From positions 257,955-321,954 of the forward strand of contig JAAOMT010000096.1 of assembly GCA_016748015.1 (NCBI GenBank): DNA of 64,000 nucleotides, written 5' to 3'. The translations under genes and the position numbers were made by a program. Position 1 is the first letter of the stretch, and each line of letters begins with the position of its first letter. Below are positions 11,291 to 26,982 of the stretch, one piece after another. Source of the DNA: Geosiphon pyriformis uo1. Lineage: Eukaryota > Fungi > Glomeromycota. The notes under the pieces were generated by a model. That model had not been told where the DNA came from. It saw nothing but the letters and a program-made list of their open reading frames with translations, and did not search any database.

Positions 11291-13390
11291 TTTGAGTAAG
11301 AAATAATTTGATAATATAATATTAAATCGATATCAAAAATTTTACTTTAGCATCCAATATGTACATATTCTATATTAAACACAATTTATGCTTTTATTCC
11401 ACATTTGATTAGCCACATATTATTCAAATTAATTTTTAGATATTTGAGAAATTTTTCATTTGAAAATATAATAATTAGTTTAAACCTATTAAAAATTTTA
11501 TTTATATGTGTTGAAAACGCATGATTCACATCTATAGTAACTATTTTGTATTTAGAATAAACAGTAGAAGGATCACACTTTGTCAAATCAATAAAAAAAT
11601 TTAAAAATTTAAAAAAAAAAACAAATATGTTGGTTGTTTTGAACTTATTTTAATTAAATAGAGTTTGTAATTGTTAATTTTCTAAACAATTAATTACAGA
11701 ATTATTTAACAAATATGGATTTATTCAAATCTAATAAAGCAAATTATTAAAAATTCACTTTTATTTTTATTTACTATCTTAATAATCAGATATTTAATTT
11801 ATTTTTAAGTAAAAATAATCAGTATTAAACTATTGTTCTCCAATTAAAAAACTCATTTGACATTTTCATTTTCTTTAATATCATTTATGTATTTCTTTAT
11901 TGTCTTTTGCATTTTTATTGTACGACACTTTTATCTTTGTTGAATATAGAAAAAAAAACTCAATATTCAATTAAATAAACAATTTATGACTTCCGTTAAA
12001 ATTTTTACCATTCTAAAATGTAATCATCTAATTGTTGAAAAAAAAATTCATTATTGCCTAATTAACAATAATTAAAAAAAAAACCACAATTTGCTATTAA
12101 AAAAAGCTTTAACGTACAATAATTTAGAAAATTTTAATTTTGTAAAATATAAAAAGATTGGGAATATTTATTAATATCAAAAGTAAATATTCTAAATTTT
12201 TTTGGTTAAAAAGTTTATTAGAAAATCCAAAATGAGAAAATTGGGTAAATTAATAAAAAAATAGGTTTTCACAAAAGCCAGATTGTTATTTAATTCAATT
12301 TTTAAGAAATTTACAAAAAGAAATATTGGAAAACTTTTTGATTACATAATTATTTATAAAATTTTTGAAAAATTTATAAAAATAAACTTTATTCTACAAT
12401 AAATTGAAAAATAAGTTTCAAACTTTTCGAAAAATTAAATATTTTAGGTATTATACTTTTTTGTTATTTGCCAATATGTTTTTTTTATACAAGTTTTAAA
12501 TAATATTTTTTAATTTTATTAAAACTTAATAAAAATAATTAAAAATAATAAATATTAGTAATATTTTATTTAAAAATCAAAAGCTTTTTTTAATTAAAAC
12601 TGTAAATATTAAATAAAATTTAAATAATTTCAAACGTAAAAAATAATTTATGTTCTAGAATATGAAATTTAATTAATCTTTAAAAGTTATAAGGTTAGAG
12701 TAAATTTTATTAAATATTTTTAAAATTTTCAAAGTTATTTTTAGAAGGAGTTTTTTGATTGTGTTTTTTAGAATATTTAAAAGAAAAATCCTTTTTCATA
12801 TTCAGCCAAAAAAGTAACGTGTTTAGGCTTTTATTGCAGTGGCCAAACTTCTTGATGGCAAAATTGATTAAATTTTGATTTCAGTGGTTAAAAATCTCCC
12901 GATCGGGGCAAATTAATATCATTACTAAATATCAAAATAAGTCGTCACTTTAAACGCCAAATCCCAGAAACGGGATGACAGATGATCACATGCTTTAATT
13001 AAATATCTAGCATGTTTTAAAAATCGGCGATCAAAGAAAGTAAATCACATGCATGTGGGAAATTTTTTTTCAACTGTCAATATAATACAGCTGCAGTAAG
13101 ATATTTTACTTTAACTCACAACGCAAACGCTATGCTATGAATTTTTGATTACCAACTTGCATATTTAAAATTTCATTACATACCAGATTTAATGAAGACT
13201 AAGTTTATCCCATCACCCTGTGATATTTTGTTTTCTTTGTCTCATGATATAATCTGATTTTTCATATTTAAGGATGGGTGAGGTTAAGAATTCAAGTTTA
13301 ATGAAATAGCAAGAAACTCAAATTGTCCTTTAAGAAATTTTCTTTCCCGTTTGACAACCCATCCTTCTTTCTTTTTTTTTTTTGAAGCAA

Positions 13391-14571
13391 ATGACAATGA
13401 TTCAGATTTTCAGGATGAAAAATAACAATCAACCAGAACTTATCTTCGAGAAAAACACTATTATTTCAACAAAATGCAGAAAAGTCTCGAAAAAATTTGA
13501 ATACTGGCTTGGGGTCAACAGTGCAATATCTGATAAACGACTCTTAAATAAATCTCTTGATCTCGAAGAACGATGGTCGCTAGAAATTTTTTCAAATATT
13601 TGCTGTTATCTGACACCCGTGGATCTCTGTTCATTACAAAAAACTTGTAAATATTTTAACAACCTATTAAGATCACCAATTGACTTGATAACACAAAAAA
13701 TATGGGAAACTTCACGAGTTCGCTTTTGTCCCTACTTAACTCTATCACCACCTGAGGGAATGTCTGAGCAAGAATATCAACGAATTACAGATTTTTCATC
13801 TGGTTGTCAACTATGTGGTGACAAAGAGGTGCCCACAAGAATTTATTGGACTGTTGAAATTCGGTGTTGTAAAGAATGTCTCAAGAAAAAAGTTGTAAGG
13901 TAAATATAATATTTTTTAGCAAGAGTTTTCGCAAATGGAACGTTCAGAGTATTCTTTCATTTGTTATTTTCCGATTTTTGTGGATTGATAACAGTAAGCA
14001 ACACCTGAAAAAAGAATGGGATCTCCCTCAAGAATTAATAGACTCACTTCCGACCATGACTCAGCATGATATTTTTGACGATGGTGAAATTTATCTCTGG
14101 AAATCAGACATAAGCACCGTGATAAATGAATATTTACTACTTTCTGTGTTCGCTGCTCAAGAATGGCTCTATGAAATTTCATCACAATCAAAAATTATTG
14201 CACAAAAAACAGCTGAACGTGAATCATGGGATAAAAGGCGTATTCTATGCAAAATTCTGACGGAAAATACTAAATATAAGGAATTGTTACAAAAGCTATT
14301 TGATTCTTTCGGAATTGATCCAAATGTTTTTTGCTATGCTCTACAAAAGAGCAAAGATTACAAGAACTTTCTTGATGATATTAAGATGCGGCCATTTGGG
14401 CGACGTAATTGGGAAACGATCAAACGAAAATTGAGCAACGATATCAATTTAATTTTAAACGATCTGCACGAAAAGGAAAATTTAAAAGAATTGGGAGGGA
14501 ATGATAATTGGAAAGATTTGTGCCCAGCCCAAGAAAGAATGAAAATTGGAAAAGTAAATGATGTTGAATGA
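13391..14571 (+). CDS. F-box protein with CxxC...CCxxC zinc-finger-like motif; join(13391..13899,13995..14571), ~361 aa
   Basis: F-box LEIFSNICCYLTPVDLCSLQKTCKYFNNLL; CQLCG..IYW..IRCCKECLKK. The GT-AG intron 13900-13994 (phase 2) joins the two ORF-track frames in frame. The start codon is uncertain. Confidence 0.85.
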
Positions 14572-17500
14572 GTTTTTACTTTACTGGCTTGAGAAAAGAC
14601 ATTCGGTGAGAGGAAATTACAATGAAATTTATTGAAAACTTTTACTCTTTTTAATATATTGATTTGGTAGCAATTATTGAAAATAAAAATTTAAAAATCA
14701 ACCTGTAACAAAACTCTAGATTTAATTTGTAACACTTTAGATGTCAAATTCTGTTTATAAGAAAAATCCCGGATCACTTCCTAACATCGAGGCATCAGTT
14801 AATTATCTGGATTTAACATTTTTCGCCGGTTTTGCAGATTCGAAAAAGAAGTGCTACAACACGGGATAATTGCGACCTTCGGTTTCGAGAGAATAAATTG
14901 GAAATTAAGCTCAATGGAATGATTTCCGGTTTTAGAAGCTATAATTTTCAAATATTGGATTTTACGCATTTGGAAGAGATTAGGAATCTTGAACATACTT
15001 GGTATTTGAAGCCCACAAACCAAGAACTTGAACATTTGAAAATTAGAGAGTGCTAAGGAATGTTTTCAGAGTTGAATATTTAAAAGTTCATTTTTAGAGA
15101 AAAAAATTTTCAAAACTAAAAAAACCAGTTTTGGAATTTTGGCGCTGATCTGATTATCGACTCTTTGAACTCTAGCATTTTAGGAACAAATCACATCAAA
15201 AAGTCCAGAACATATTCTTAAAAATTTTCAACTAGTGTCTTGAGTTGAATATCTGAATGATAATATTAAATGAAATACTGCCTAACTGATCCTGAAAAAT
15301 GACGATTCAATAGTGTGGACTCCTGCCGCTTGTTATTAAGTAAAAATCCAAACTAAAAAGTATAGCATTACATTTATATCCATTTTTATATATCAGTTCA
15401 ATCTCAAAGAATAGATGAAAACTAAATTCGGTTTAACATGAGAATCTTTTATGACTACCTTCATTTCCAAAAGAGCAAGAAATTCAGCAGATTTAGATTA
15501 ATATAACATTAGAAATTGAAAAGTACTCCCAGATATGAATTTTGCTATGTGACTTTTAACTTGATTTGCTTTTTGCTATTTATTTGTATCGATTTTCAAA
15601 AAAAAATTCCCCAAACAAAAATTTGTTTTGTACATCTGTTCCACAAATTCATTTACCCAGACACTCTTGCCTCTATTTGAACAAGGCTGATTTTACCTTT
15701 AAAAACATGATTATCATCAATTTAAACATATAGGGTAAGCACCAAAAAAATGGGCTGGATATAACTTTTTTGATTCACAAAATTATTATTTGAGCTATTG
15801 ATTGCCAAAATAATAATACAAAGCAGGATAATAAAATACAGAATTAGGAAAATGAAGAATTCCAGCGTAGAAAAAAACAATTAAAGGCGAAAAGTTGATC
15901 AATGCCAAAGTTTTCCTCTAAAAGATCGACTTTAGAAATGGGTATATCCAATTGAATAAAATTATTAAAATGATTATGTACACTAAGGTCTCATTGAAAA
16001 AAACTTTTTAAGTTTTTTCACATAACAAGACCGAATTTTTATATATTAAAATGCAAATGAAAATTATTTTTTTTAAATACTTTAAGAACATGTCACATAA
16101 AAGGTAAGTATCTAATTTAAAAAATCAATCAAGATATAAAATGTTTTAATGAAAATTTGTTAAATAGTTTTAAACTCTAAAGTTCATTTAAGAATGTATC
16201 CCAATATATTCTAATGAACTTTGAACTTTTGAAAATAGATTCTAAAATTTCAAAAAGCGATCTAAAAGAAAACATAGCACAAAAACAAAATTAATGTAAT
16301 TAAAGAATGCTTTTTAAAATAAATAAATATCGAAGCCAATATTTAATTATATTAAACAATAATTTTTTATTTGACCTATTACATTTATCATCAAATGTTT
16401 ATTTTTTGAACTTGGAATAGTTATTTATTTGTAAAAAAAATTTTTTTTTTAATGATCAATCTTATATATATTATTTTTGATATAAAATAAAAATCAGTCT
16501 TTTGAAACCATAAAAAAATCATTAAAAAACCATCTTTTAAATTTATAATATAAAATATTTTTTGTTTTTTTGTTTTTTGAAAAATATTCAATAAATATTA
16601 ATTATAACAAATTTGAAGTCAAAATATTTAAAAGATTAAACAAAAAAAATTATATTTGAAATAAAGAAATAAAAAAGAATCAATAATTAAATTTATTTTA
16701 AAACAGAATTTTTGTTAAATATGATATCTAAAATTAATTTTAATAATATCTATTTTTTTTTAAAATAATTATTTTCAAATGCTAGTTTTTTATAACGCTT
16801 AAATTAAGACTATTAGAACATTTCTTTTTAATCATTGAAAAAATATTTTTTGTATACGAAAAGAAAATTGAAAAATTCTTTTTTTTTCAATTTATTTATA
16901 TTGAAATTTTATTAAAAAAATTTTAAATAAAATAAGTATAAGACAATTGATTTTGAAAAAAGTATTTTTTTATCCTAATATAATGAATAAATTAATTGAA
17001 TTAAATAATATATATTTAAAATTTTGAAAAAAATGAGATTAAAATAAACATTTTTTATTATTGTTTTTTTTTCACCAACTTTTATTATAAAAAAAAAGGT
17101 TAAAGTAACTTTATTTATTTTATTAAAAAGAATATATCATAAAAATTTTATAAGTTTCAATTATAAAATTAATAAAAATAGATTTTAAAATTTTTATAAT
17201 AAAAATACAAATGAAATTTTTTTTAAAATATTTTTTTCAATTATAAATTTTGTAGTATTTAAAATAAATCTACAAGAAAAAAACTATTATGACATTTTAA
17301 AAAATGATTTTGAATAAAATTTATTTTTTTTGTTATTAAAGAATAATTTATTCAATTTGATCAATTATTCATTTGAATAAGATTAAAAATAATACCAAAA
17401 GTTGCTGACTTATAGATTCTCGACATAATATAATTCAAAGAGTTTTATCCCTATATAATTGTAAATACCCGGGTATAAAATTCAAAAGTTTTAGACCTAA

Positions 17501-18337
17501 AATCAATAGTGTTTTGTGTAATAAAGTCTACAAGTCAGCAACTTATGGTAGATCATGGCTATACTTGTAATGGCTTTAAAAAAAAAAATTTTTTTGGGGG
17601 GGGGGGGGTTACAACTCATTGAATATGCTCTCAACAATACAGAATACCCTTTCTACTCAAGTACTTTGGGTACTAAAATGGATATTGGAAATACCAAGAT
17701 ACATCAATCAACAATTTACGGTAATTCTAAAAGCAATTTTCTCATACTCTATGCTGATAACAATCGGTGTGGTTTATAGTTAGGTTACAAAAAAATGGTT
17801 ATTTTAGCAATATCTATTTACGCAAATAACACTTTGAGCATTTGAAAATGGTTTCTAAGAATGTGATAGCATATTTTGTTTAAAAAAATAACCCCCCAAT
17901 TTTAGAGAGTAGACGTAAAACAATTGGCTCTTTAAAATTTTCTTCTTTTACTCATTTTAGTTTAACGTCCATTCAGTTAAGCAAAACCGCTTTCTAACTC
18001 TATTAGGAAATATTTGCTGTTATACACTTGTACGCTTGACCGATTTTCATTACAAATATGATAAAATGCCATTTAAGCCTGGAAACGACAATCATTTTCA
18101 CCACTTTTGACGAGTTTTTGCATGAGATAACGCAAACGAAGGAATTTGTGACACAATGGAATATTAAAAGGAAAATAACATTGTCAAAAGCTAGTAAAAA
18201 AATTTATCAAGATCATCAATATTGTTTAACGTTAAAAATGTAAATTACAACTTTTGCTAAATATATGTACATGTACATGTATAATGATTTGAACAACTTG
18301 TTAACACTGCCATTTCCCGGTACAGAAAGTGATTGTT

Positions 18338-18342
<5 letters not shown>

Positions 18343-18370
<28 letters not shown>
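18343..18370. repeat. Poly(T) tract (28 nt)
   Basis: Directly visible. Confidence 0.9.
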
Positions 18371-20113
18371 GAAAAATCTAAAATCATCCCAGACTTTGCA
18401 AGCTTCACTTAATAAATTTAAATAAAACAAAATTCATGACAAACCAAGTGACTTCATTTTTATGTCCTTACTTATTCGAAGAAAGAAATATTAACAATTT
18501 CAAATATTCGGAAAACGAGTCTATAAATTTGAATCGATTCAACAAAACAAAGCTTTGAATACATGATAAGCCATTTACCCATTTGATAATAAGTAAATAA
18601 TTAAAAATAAAAGATATAAAAATATTACTCAAATTGACATTTTAAACTAAGGATTGTATATATTTTAAACAGAAACACAATTATCAAAGATTTATCAGTA
18701 AAAAAGCTAAGAATGATTCTATTTAAACCGATTATTAGTATGCTTATTTCTTTCATGTTAATCTCTTCTTTAAAAAAAAAAACCTTGTGTCAGATTTGGT
18801 ATTTATAATTCATAAAAAACTATTACAATTTAAATAATTTGAAAATTTTCTCTAAATATTAGATATTATTTAAAAATTTATATAAATTAAAGTCTATGTT
18901 TATAATTAATGAGGATTCTCTGATATCATAATTTAATAAATGTAATGTTGATCAAAAGATATATTTTCTTTATTTAAATTGAAAAAGGTTTCATTAATAA
19001 TAATTTTTAAATCCAAAATTTTCAAAAATTAAACACAAATTTATATTGTTTTACAATAATATTTTTTGAATAATCAAAAAAAAATTTTGGCTCATTATAA
19101 TAAAAACATAAAAATTTCTCTGGTTTGTAGTCTGCTGTGTATATATTTAACTGCAAATTTTTTTTTCAAGTGCTAGTTATTATTCAATTTATAAAAATTA
19201 AAAATATTACATACAATATTTTTGAAAATAGATTGAATTTTTAAATTGAGAAAATAAATTCACTTATTAAAATTAATTTTATTAATGTTAATAATAATAA
19301 TAATAATATCAAGTTTTGGTAAAAAATTTTCATTTTCATTTTCTTTAAAGCTTTGCTATTTGCCGTTCAAACAATTTTTTACACATTTTGCTAGTTTGAA
19401 TTTAAGTGGGACGAAAATTTTTTTAATTATTTAAAGTAATTAAAATAATTAAAGCGGTTATAATGAAAGTTTTTAATATCGTCACCGAAATTTTTCAAGA
19501 TTGCAAAAACTTTTAAAATAAACATTTACTTTAATTCATTTACCTAATTTCATCCAAAAAATTTATTAAAAATTTATTATAAATCTCAATTTTTGAAAAA
19601 TAATCATTAAAAACTTAAGAAATACATGAATGAGAATTGTAAATTGTTCTCTTCTGTTTTTCTCTATACCAACGTTTATTAATTAAATTTCGAATAAATT
19701 TGTTATAAATTGAAGATCCCTCGTATTTTCTGGTTTTTGACATGGTAAGTGCAATTCCCGTAACGATAAGATAATTAAATTTTAGTTTCATAATAAATTT
19801 TTAATTGTAAACAAAAGTCGTTGGAGAGAGAACCTCTTATAGTTGATGCAAAAGAAATTTCTGAATCTTATTTTTTTATACAAATTTATAATTAAATCGT
19901 TGAATTTTTTTTAATCTGATTGACAAATATAACATTTGTAATATTTTACAGACAAAATTCTATAGTTTAATAGCCTTGTTTATTCTGAACAGTTTTTTTA
20001 TTACGTCAATTAAATAATAATTCAGGTTACTAAAAGTTTTCTTTTCTAGCTTATACAATTTATAAAATTATTTTACATAAATAACTTTGTCGATTGTAAC
20101 GAAAGAACTTATC

Positions 20114-20171
20114 TGAATGAATACATAAATGAATACATAAATGAATGAATAAATAAATGAATGAATGAATG
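20114..20171. repeat. Imperfect tetranucleotide microsatellite (ATGA/ATAA/ATAC)n
   Basis: Directly visible. Confidence 0.8.
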
Positions 20172-23100
20172 GAATCTATGGCATTCTTAATAATCCTTTT
20201 TTATTTTTTAGGTTATGAGATTTTTACTTAACTTATTCACATATCAATACAGCGATGATAAAAATTATTAACAAACACATAATACATGTATTTCTTAATA
20301 CATTCCCATACTGTCTATGCATCCTGACTTTATTTCCAAACAGTCTTATCCATATCCTAATAAATTGAAAATAATATCTATATACTTATCATAGAAACCC
20401 AAATTTATGCAAAGATAAATTTAATATTTTGTTCAAGTTCTTGAAGAGAATGATTTTAATTAACAAGTCTTCATTTAATCTTTCAAAATTATTTTTATAA
20501 TTTACATAACAATAATTTTTGAATGTGCAAAACTTTGATTTTTTTTTTTAACAATGTGTTAAATATTTTTATATATTAAATCTTGATTTAAATCCATTGA
20601 TTGAACAAAAAAATTTTTTAAAATAATTAAATTATTAAAAATTCACCAAATTTTTAAAAGTTTTTCATTTCACTAATTGTTATTTAAAAAATAAAAGGTT
20701 TTTCAATTTGGTATAAATATGTTAAATTTATTTGGAAAATAAAATATATAACTTTTTATAAAAAATTTTAAAAGTGTTTTTGATTAACAACTTTGAACAA
20801 TTTTCATCATGATATTTGATCACGAGCTTCAAAGATTTTATAAACAGACCTTATCAATGTCCATCAACTTTAAAATACTGGTTATGTTAATTGAAAATTT
20901 TGTATGAGGCAATAATAAAAAATTTCGATAAATTTATTCCCTTATAAATCTGTGATTTTCTATGCAGATCAAGGGTTCAATAGCATTCACTCAAATTATT
21001 TTTTCGCTTCGCTTAAAGATTCATTGTCATCATTCCTGATTGAGATAAACATTACTATAAGTTTTAAATAATAATAATTAAATTCTTCCGGGCTAATACA
21101 ACTTATGTACAAGGCTCTTTTAGTAATCTAATTGTTCTTCCCTTTCTAGAAAATAAATTTTAGATATCTTTTTGTTTTTTTTGTTTTTTTCACTTGAATT
21201 TTCAAAAGTTCTAGATCATCAGAATCAAGATTATTCTTGTAATTTCCTTTAAGACGTATACCATCCAAACAAAACTTCTTTGATTCATGACTACCCGAAA
21301 AATTAATTTGGAATTAATGGGAATAATGAAAGATAATCTTGGATTTTTTAAAGGAATAAATATTGATAAAGCCTCATTTGAAAAAAAAAATGGCGCAACA
21401 AGTTCCACGATTTTCAAAAAAATGGTTTTAAAAATCATAATAATAAATATTAAAAAGGACAACAAAAGGTTTCCCTGGTTGTTTTTTTTTTGCTCATCAT
21501 TAATATCTGAGAGATCTGTTGAATTTGCAATATTTATTTCAAAAGACGAATCTTTGATCATTACGAAATAATGACTCTTGAAGATTATTTACTTTATTTC
21601 CATTCTCAGTAGTCCCCATTATATTATCTCATTATAATCAAAAGACCTTATCAATTGTTAATTTTATTCTCATAAAAGCAATTCTTGATACTTTGAGCTC
21701 CCTAAAAAAAGTTGATCATTCTTTTCGGGGAGCAAATCACCAAGATCTTTTTATTTTATTTTACAATCAATAAAAACACACTGATCACTTATTTTCCGGG
21801 ATAAAAAATTTTAAAAAAAGCCGATACACCTTCTTTTTTTTTTTTTTTAATATTCTATATTCTGTATAGATGAAAACAAATAAATCAATAATGAACTCAA
21901 TTAAACTTTTAAGTTTGTTTAAATTCCGAAATGGAAAATTTTAACTTTTATTTCGTCATCAAAAGATCCTTTTTTTTTTTCACGCTAAAAGAGAGATTCA
22001 AATGATTTGTTTATTTTTTTTTATTAAACAAGGATTTTTTTTACCTCTTCAAGATGTTTATTTCAAGAACAATGAATTTGGTAATGTGATAATTTAAAGT
22101 AAAAAAAAAAAAAAATTGAAAATGATTTTTTTGTTAATTTATTTTCATTTAAATTTTAAAAATCGTAATTTCTAGCTGAAATCACGCAATAGATGGAATA
22201 TTTGAATAATATTGTTCTTATGGAATGACAAAATAATCTTCTAAAAATGAATCATAATTTTCATTGAAAAATCTCTTTTGATTGATTCGTAGAGATAACA
22301 TCTGAACGATATTGTGTCATTAAATTTTCAACTATCATCATCATCATCATCATCATCTTGATTCTCTTTGAAAATGCACGATGAATTCTAGACACATTTA
22401 GATAGAACACACTATGACTAAAGATATATTTGGATGATTATAAACCAATTTTCTTTATTAGCACGCTGTATGCAATAACACATGTTACAAAAAGTTTGAA
22501 TAGATATTGAGTTTCATGTTTACCAATGAAAAAATACATTTGTTGTAAAATAAATAGATTAGAATAAGAGAGTGACATGCATCTTTTTGGAAAAAAAAAA
22601 CCATTCCCAACCAAAAAGTATATGTATTTCTTACGTGAAAAAAAAATAAAAATAAACATTTGATTACCAAATTGGTTTAATGAATAGATCAATTGTTATT
22701 AGTATACATGTATGTTCAAAAAAAAAAATTTGTAAATCTTGCATATCATTATTGTAATTTTTTTGAGAATTATATTTTTTTATTTGAAAAAAATGAATTT
22801 ATTATTCTCATTATTAAATATTGATATATAAAAATAGATTTATTTTTAATTAATTTTATTTATAAATTCAAAAAAAAACAAAAAAAAAACATAAAGTTTT
22901 ATTTAAAATAATAATTTATTTATGTTTAATTTTTAACAATAACATGATTATTTTTTTTGAAATTAAATGATTCTCATTAATTGGTGTTGAAAATCAATAA
23001 ATTTTTATTGAACAATAAGTAAAATTGTACTTGAAAATTTAACTTCATTATAAATTTCTAATAGCCTGAATTAAAAAAAGTAAATTTCATTTGTGTTTCA

Positions 23101-23959
23101 AAGTATTCTAATTCTTTTAAAACATTTTTAAATTAATTACTTCTGATTGCAGATTACTATATTTTCTCATAAATCTTTGCTAAAAGATATTTTAATTGTT
23201 TCAAACGACTCCTTGGTTATCACTAAAAAGATTAATCTCAATTACCAGCTGCATACTAAAAAAAATAATAATAATCAAAAGATCTTGATGCACAAAATAA
23301 CCAGAACAAGGATTGTCAATGACGTATGATTTTTTCCTCGCCATTTCTTCGTATTCCTCGTATCTTTTTAAAGCTTAATTATTATTTGCAATCAACCAAA
23401 AATTATAATGGAAAGATGTTTTACCTTTGTGTCATTTTTAAGGACCCATTCAATTATGATATTCATTATAATTTTTATTTGTTTTCATTCTTAAAAATTA
23501 AGTAACGATTTTCCTTTGAACTCTGTCTTTAACATTGGATAGAATATAGGATAAATTCAAAATTGGATTACATTTCAAGCGGGTTTAACTCTTTAACATA
23601 TTTGTAAATTACCGTTGGGCCAACGATATTATTCCTGATTTAATTAATTCAAATTATGGTTAAAATTTTTCAAATGAAAATTTGTTCATTAATCATCATT
23701 GTTATGGTACGTGAAAGGGAAACCTATCTTTGCTCATTTGGTTAGTAAAAAATAAATAAATTCTTTTCATATAAAAAAACATAATTCTTGAACGAAATTG
23801 CGTGATCAATTTTTTTACCTTTGAATTATAAATCTACATGTATCAAAACAATTCCCCCTATCTTTGGTATAATCAAGTGTTGTAATAACTTTCTATTCCA
23901 GATCTGAGTCTTTTTTTAAATTTCTTACTGGGGATACTTGAATCGAGAAATAAATGCTA

Positions 23960-23962
<3 letters not shown>

Positions 23963-24015
<53 letters not shown>
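23963..24015. repeat. Poly(T) tract (53 nt)
   Basis: Directly visible. It produces the poly-Lys tail of the spurious ORF 23957..24235. Confidence 0.9.
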
Positions 24016-24016
<1 letters not shown>

Positions 24017-25838
24017 AAAATTAATATTCAACTTTTCCCGAATCATATTTTTAGAATTTCGAATTTTTTTATCTCGAAAATTAGTTTGAATAAATCGAAT
24101 TCTAAGAATCTTTAGATATCTGCCAAGTTTTTCCGTTCTTTTTGCACATGATAAAAACTTTTGAATTGTTAACATTCCAAAACAATAAAATCTCCTTATT
24201 AATCTTTCTAGATTAATAATCCTTTTAATTTTCATCTTTTATACACGTTTTAACAAAAATTTCATGATTCTCATAAATATCGAAATGCTTTTCATTTACT
24301 AGCTAGAAATGAAAATTCTTTCTACCGATAAACCTTACACTTTCAATCATCTAAATTGAGCCCATAAATTTCTTTTATTTGAACGAAACTTAACAATATA
24401 TGGTATAGCTTAGATTTCAAAAAGTCAATTAAAAAAGTTCATTCTTTTCTTCCTAAACAATATACAAAAGATTCAAGATTTTTTTCTCTTAAATTTCAAT
24501 AACTTTTACATTTATCATTCCATGTTTTCTCAATATTTGAAATCCCGGTTCAAAAAAAATCTATAATAAAAATTCCTTTTCAAAAATTCCTCCTGAAAAA
24601 CAATAAAGACACAATTTTTGATAGAATGACACCATATAAACAATTTCCTTAAAAAGTATCAGTTCCCAAACATTCAAAATAAAAAAAAGATGTTTTTAGA
24701 CCTTGTTATCTTTCATGTTATTTCATCCATATAAAAAAACCAAAAACAAAACAATACCAATTTTAAAAAAATTTCCAATAAACATTTGATTACCCAACTT
24801 AAATTACTGATTAGGGGTTCGACTCTGTCTGGGATTTCAAACCAAAATTTAAATGACCTCACATGATTGAATTCTAGTTTGGGCTTGAATAGGATTATTA
24901 TTATTAAATTTCATTTTTGATTAGTTATGATAATATTAATTTGATAGCCCCTTATCTTGAATCCTCCTACTCACCCTTTTCAAAAATAAGGAAAATTTTT
25001 TTGCTTCTTCTCACCTCCCATTTCGTAATATCTTAATCGAATTGCCTCATAATCAACCCCCCTTCTCTGTGTGTGTGTGTGTTTAGTGATCAACCCCATA
25101 AATCACTAAAAGCTTTCCATTATTCAAAGATCACCCGAAATTATGGTAATACATGCATTTGACTTTTCTTCTTCTTCTTCTTCTTCTTCTTCTTTCTTAT
25201 TTACCCAAAAGATTTATACACTCTGAAAATCTTTTATGTAAACAATTTCAGAAGAAAAAAATACTGTTTAATTTTTAATCTCGAAGTTTCTTATTTGAAT
25301 GTTAGATATCAAGTTACAAATCAAATTTTCCTTATTAATAATCCTCCTTATCTTATTCCTTCTAAAAAAAAATTGATAGATTTCAGTGATGATAAATACA
25401 TTATGAACATAGACATCTTTTGAAAAGATCAGAGCGATTTTGATAATATGCGTGCGTATGTTATTCAATAAATGATTTCTAAAGCAACCAAAGCTAGTTA
25501 CTCTTACGAGTAAAATAGTGTTAGAAAAAAATATTATTTGTTTAAAAGGTTTATTGTGGGGTTATTCGATTTTGGTCACACAATTAATAAATAAAAATTA
25601 AATATGAATATGCTTAGTTTAAAAATTTTTCTTACCCAAACATTACACAAACACAAATACCACGTTTAAAAACCTAGTCATTGATTTTCATTCTACAAAA
25701 AAAAAAAAAAAAAAAAAAACCATAAAATGATGAGCTGCCACGAAAATATCCTCCATTATCAAAAACACGATAGGAACATAGTCTCGAAACCTCGCTTTTT
25801 CTTGTTAAGCCATACATATACGTTGATCCCTAAAAACA

Positions 25839-26946
25839 ATGGAGCTTTGGACGTATCTATTTATTATTGCTCAGGTATAGCGATCGTTTGATTTTAAAAG
25901 AAGCAAAGATTAGTGTTAAAATAAAGGGAAACTCAAAACGTTTTATCTTTGTTCTTATTTTTTTCATTCTTTTCTAGTCGTGCGCTCAAATCTTATTGAT
26001 TTGTGTGACGGGATACACATGTGCACGAATTGGAATAATAAATGGAACCGTCCAAAAGGTAGGCTGGTTATGGTATTAAAACATTTCAGACTCCAATGGG
26101 TCAAAGCGTGACTAATATTTTATGATCACTCTCGATATGATTTCCTACACAGGGTCTATCCGAACTCACTGTCAATATCCTAATGCCATGTCTTCTTTTT
26201 TCACAAGTTGCATCCGGCATTGACCTTGACACACTAGTACGGCTATGGCCAATTCCAATGTTCATAGGATCTTTCGCCCTAATAAGTGGTTCGCTGGGAA
26301 TCATTGGAGGAAAACTACTTCATTTAACAACACCACAAACAAAATTCGCCTCGGCGGGGATCATATTTAACAATCTCACAAGTCTAACGCTCCCTCTTAT
26401 GTACAATATCGGCACCTCTGAAGCGATTGAAATATTACTTTGGGGTAAAAATGATACCCCGTCTGAAGCGACCAAACGTGGAATTTCATATGTGTTGTTG
26501 GCCACACTTTTGGGTAATCTTCTTCGGTAAATATCACGATTATCTTAAATTTGGTCGATGCTTTCAATATTTATTTCATCCTTGGATGATTATGCAATGA
26601 TCGCCTTCCTCGATTCATAATAATCACTCAGCTTCCCCAAAAATACTCAATCAAATGTCAATCAAACGATTAAAAATCCTTTTTTCATTTTCCAATATAT
26701 TTAGTTGGACTCTGGGTGCTCAATTGCTAAGAAAGGAAGAAGATCCTATCTCAGAAGCAATGTTTGAAGTAGAAGAAGCAAGATCTACTTATGGTCATTC
26801 ACGATACTATGACCGTTGTAGCAAGTCATCATATGAGACACTAGAATTCTCTGGAAATTTCTGTTACGCCAAGAATGGACTAAAATCTACTGAAACAACC
26901 CCATTATTCTATTCTGATTCCCAATCACCATCACCATCACCATCCC

Positions 26947-26982
<36 letters not shown>

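Noticed and set aside
14832-15056. Short LRR-like peptide (LEEIRNLEH...LEHLKIREC) after an AG acceptor downstream of the F-box gene
   Set aside because: No in-frame donor linking it to the F-box CDS was found, and the similarity is too weak.
17555-17779. 74-aa ORF spanning adjacent A, T and G homopolymer runs
   Set aside because: The frame depends on homopolymer lengths that are prone to sequencing error; no homology recognised.
21211-21571. Two opposite-strand ORFs (116 and 94 aa)
   Set aside because: Low-complexity AT-codon composition, no motif and no convincing splice structure; at best an unidentifiable pseudogene.
23957-24235. ORF ending in poly-Lys / possible processed retrocopy ending in a 53-nt A-tail
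   Set aside because: The poly-Lys comes only from the homopolymer; no TSD or recognisable parent gene was found.
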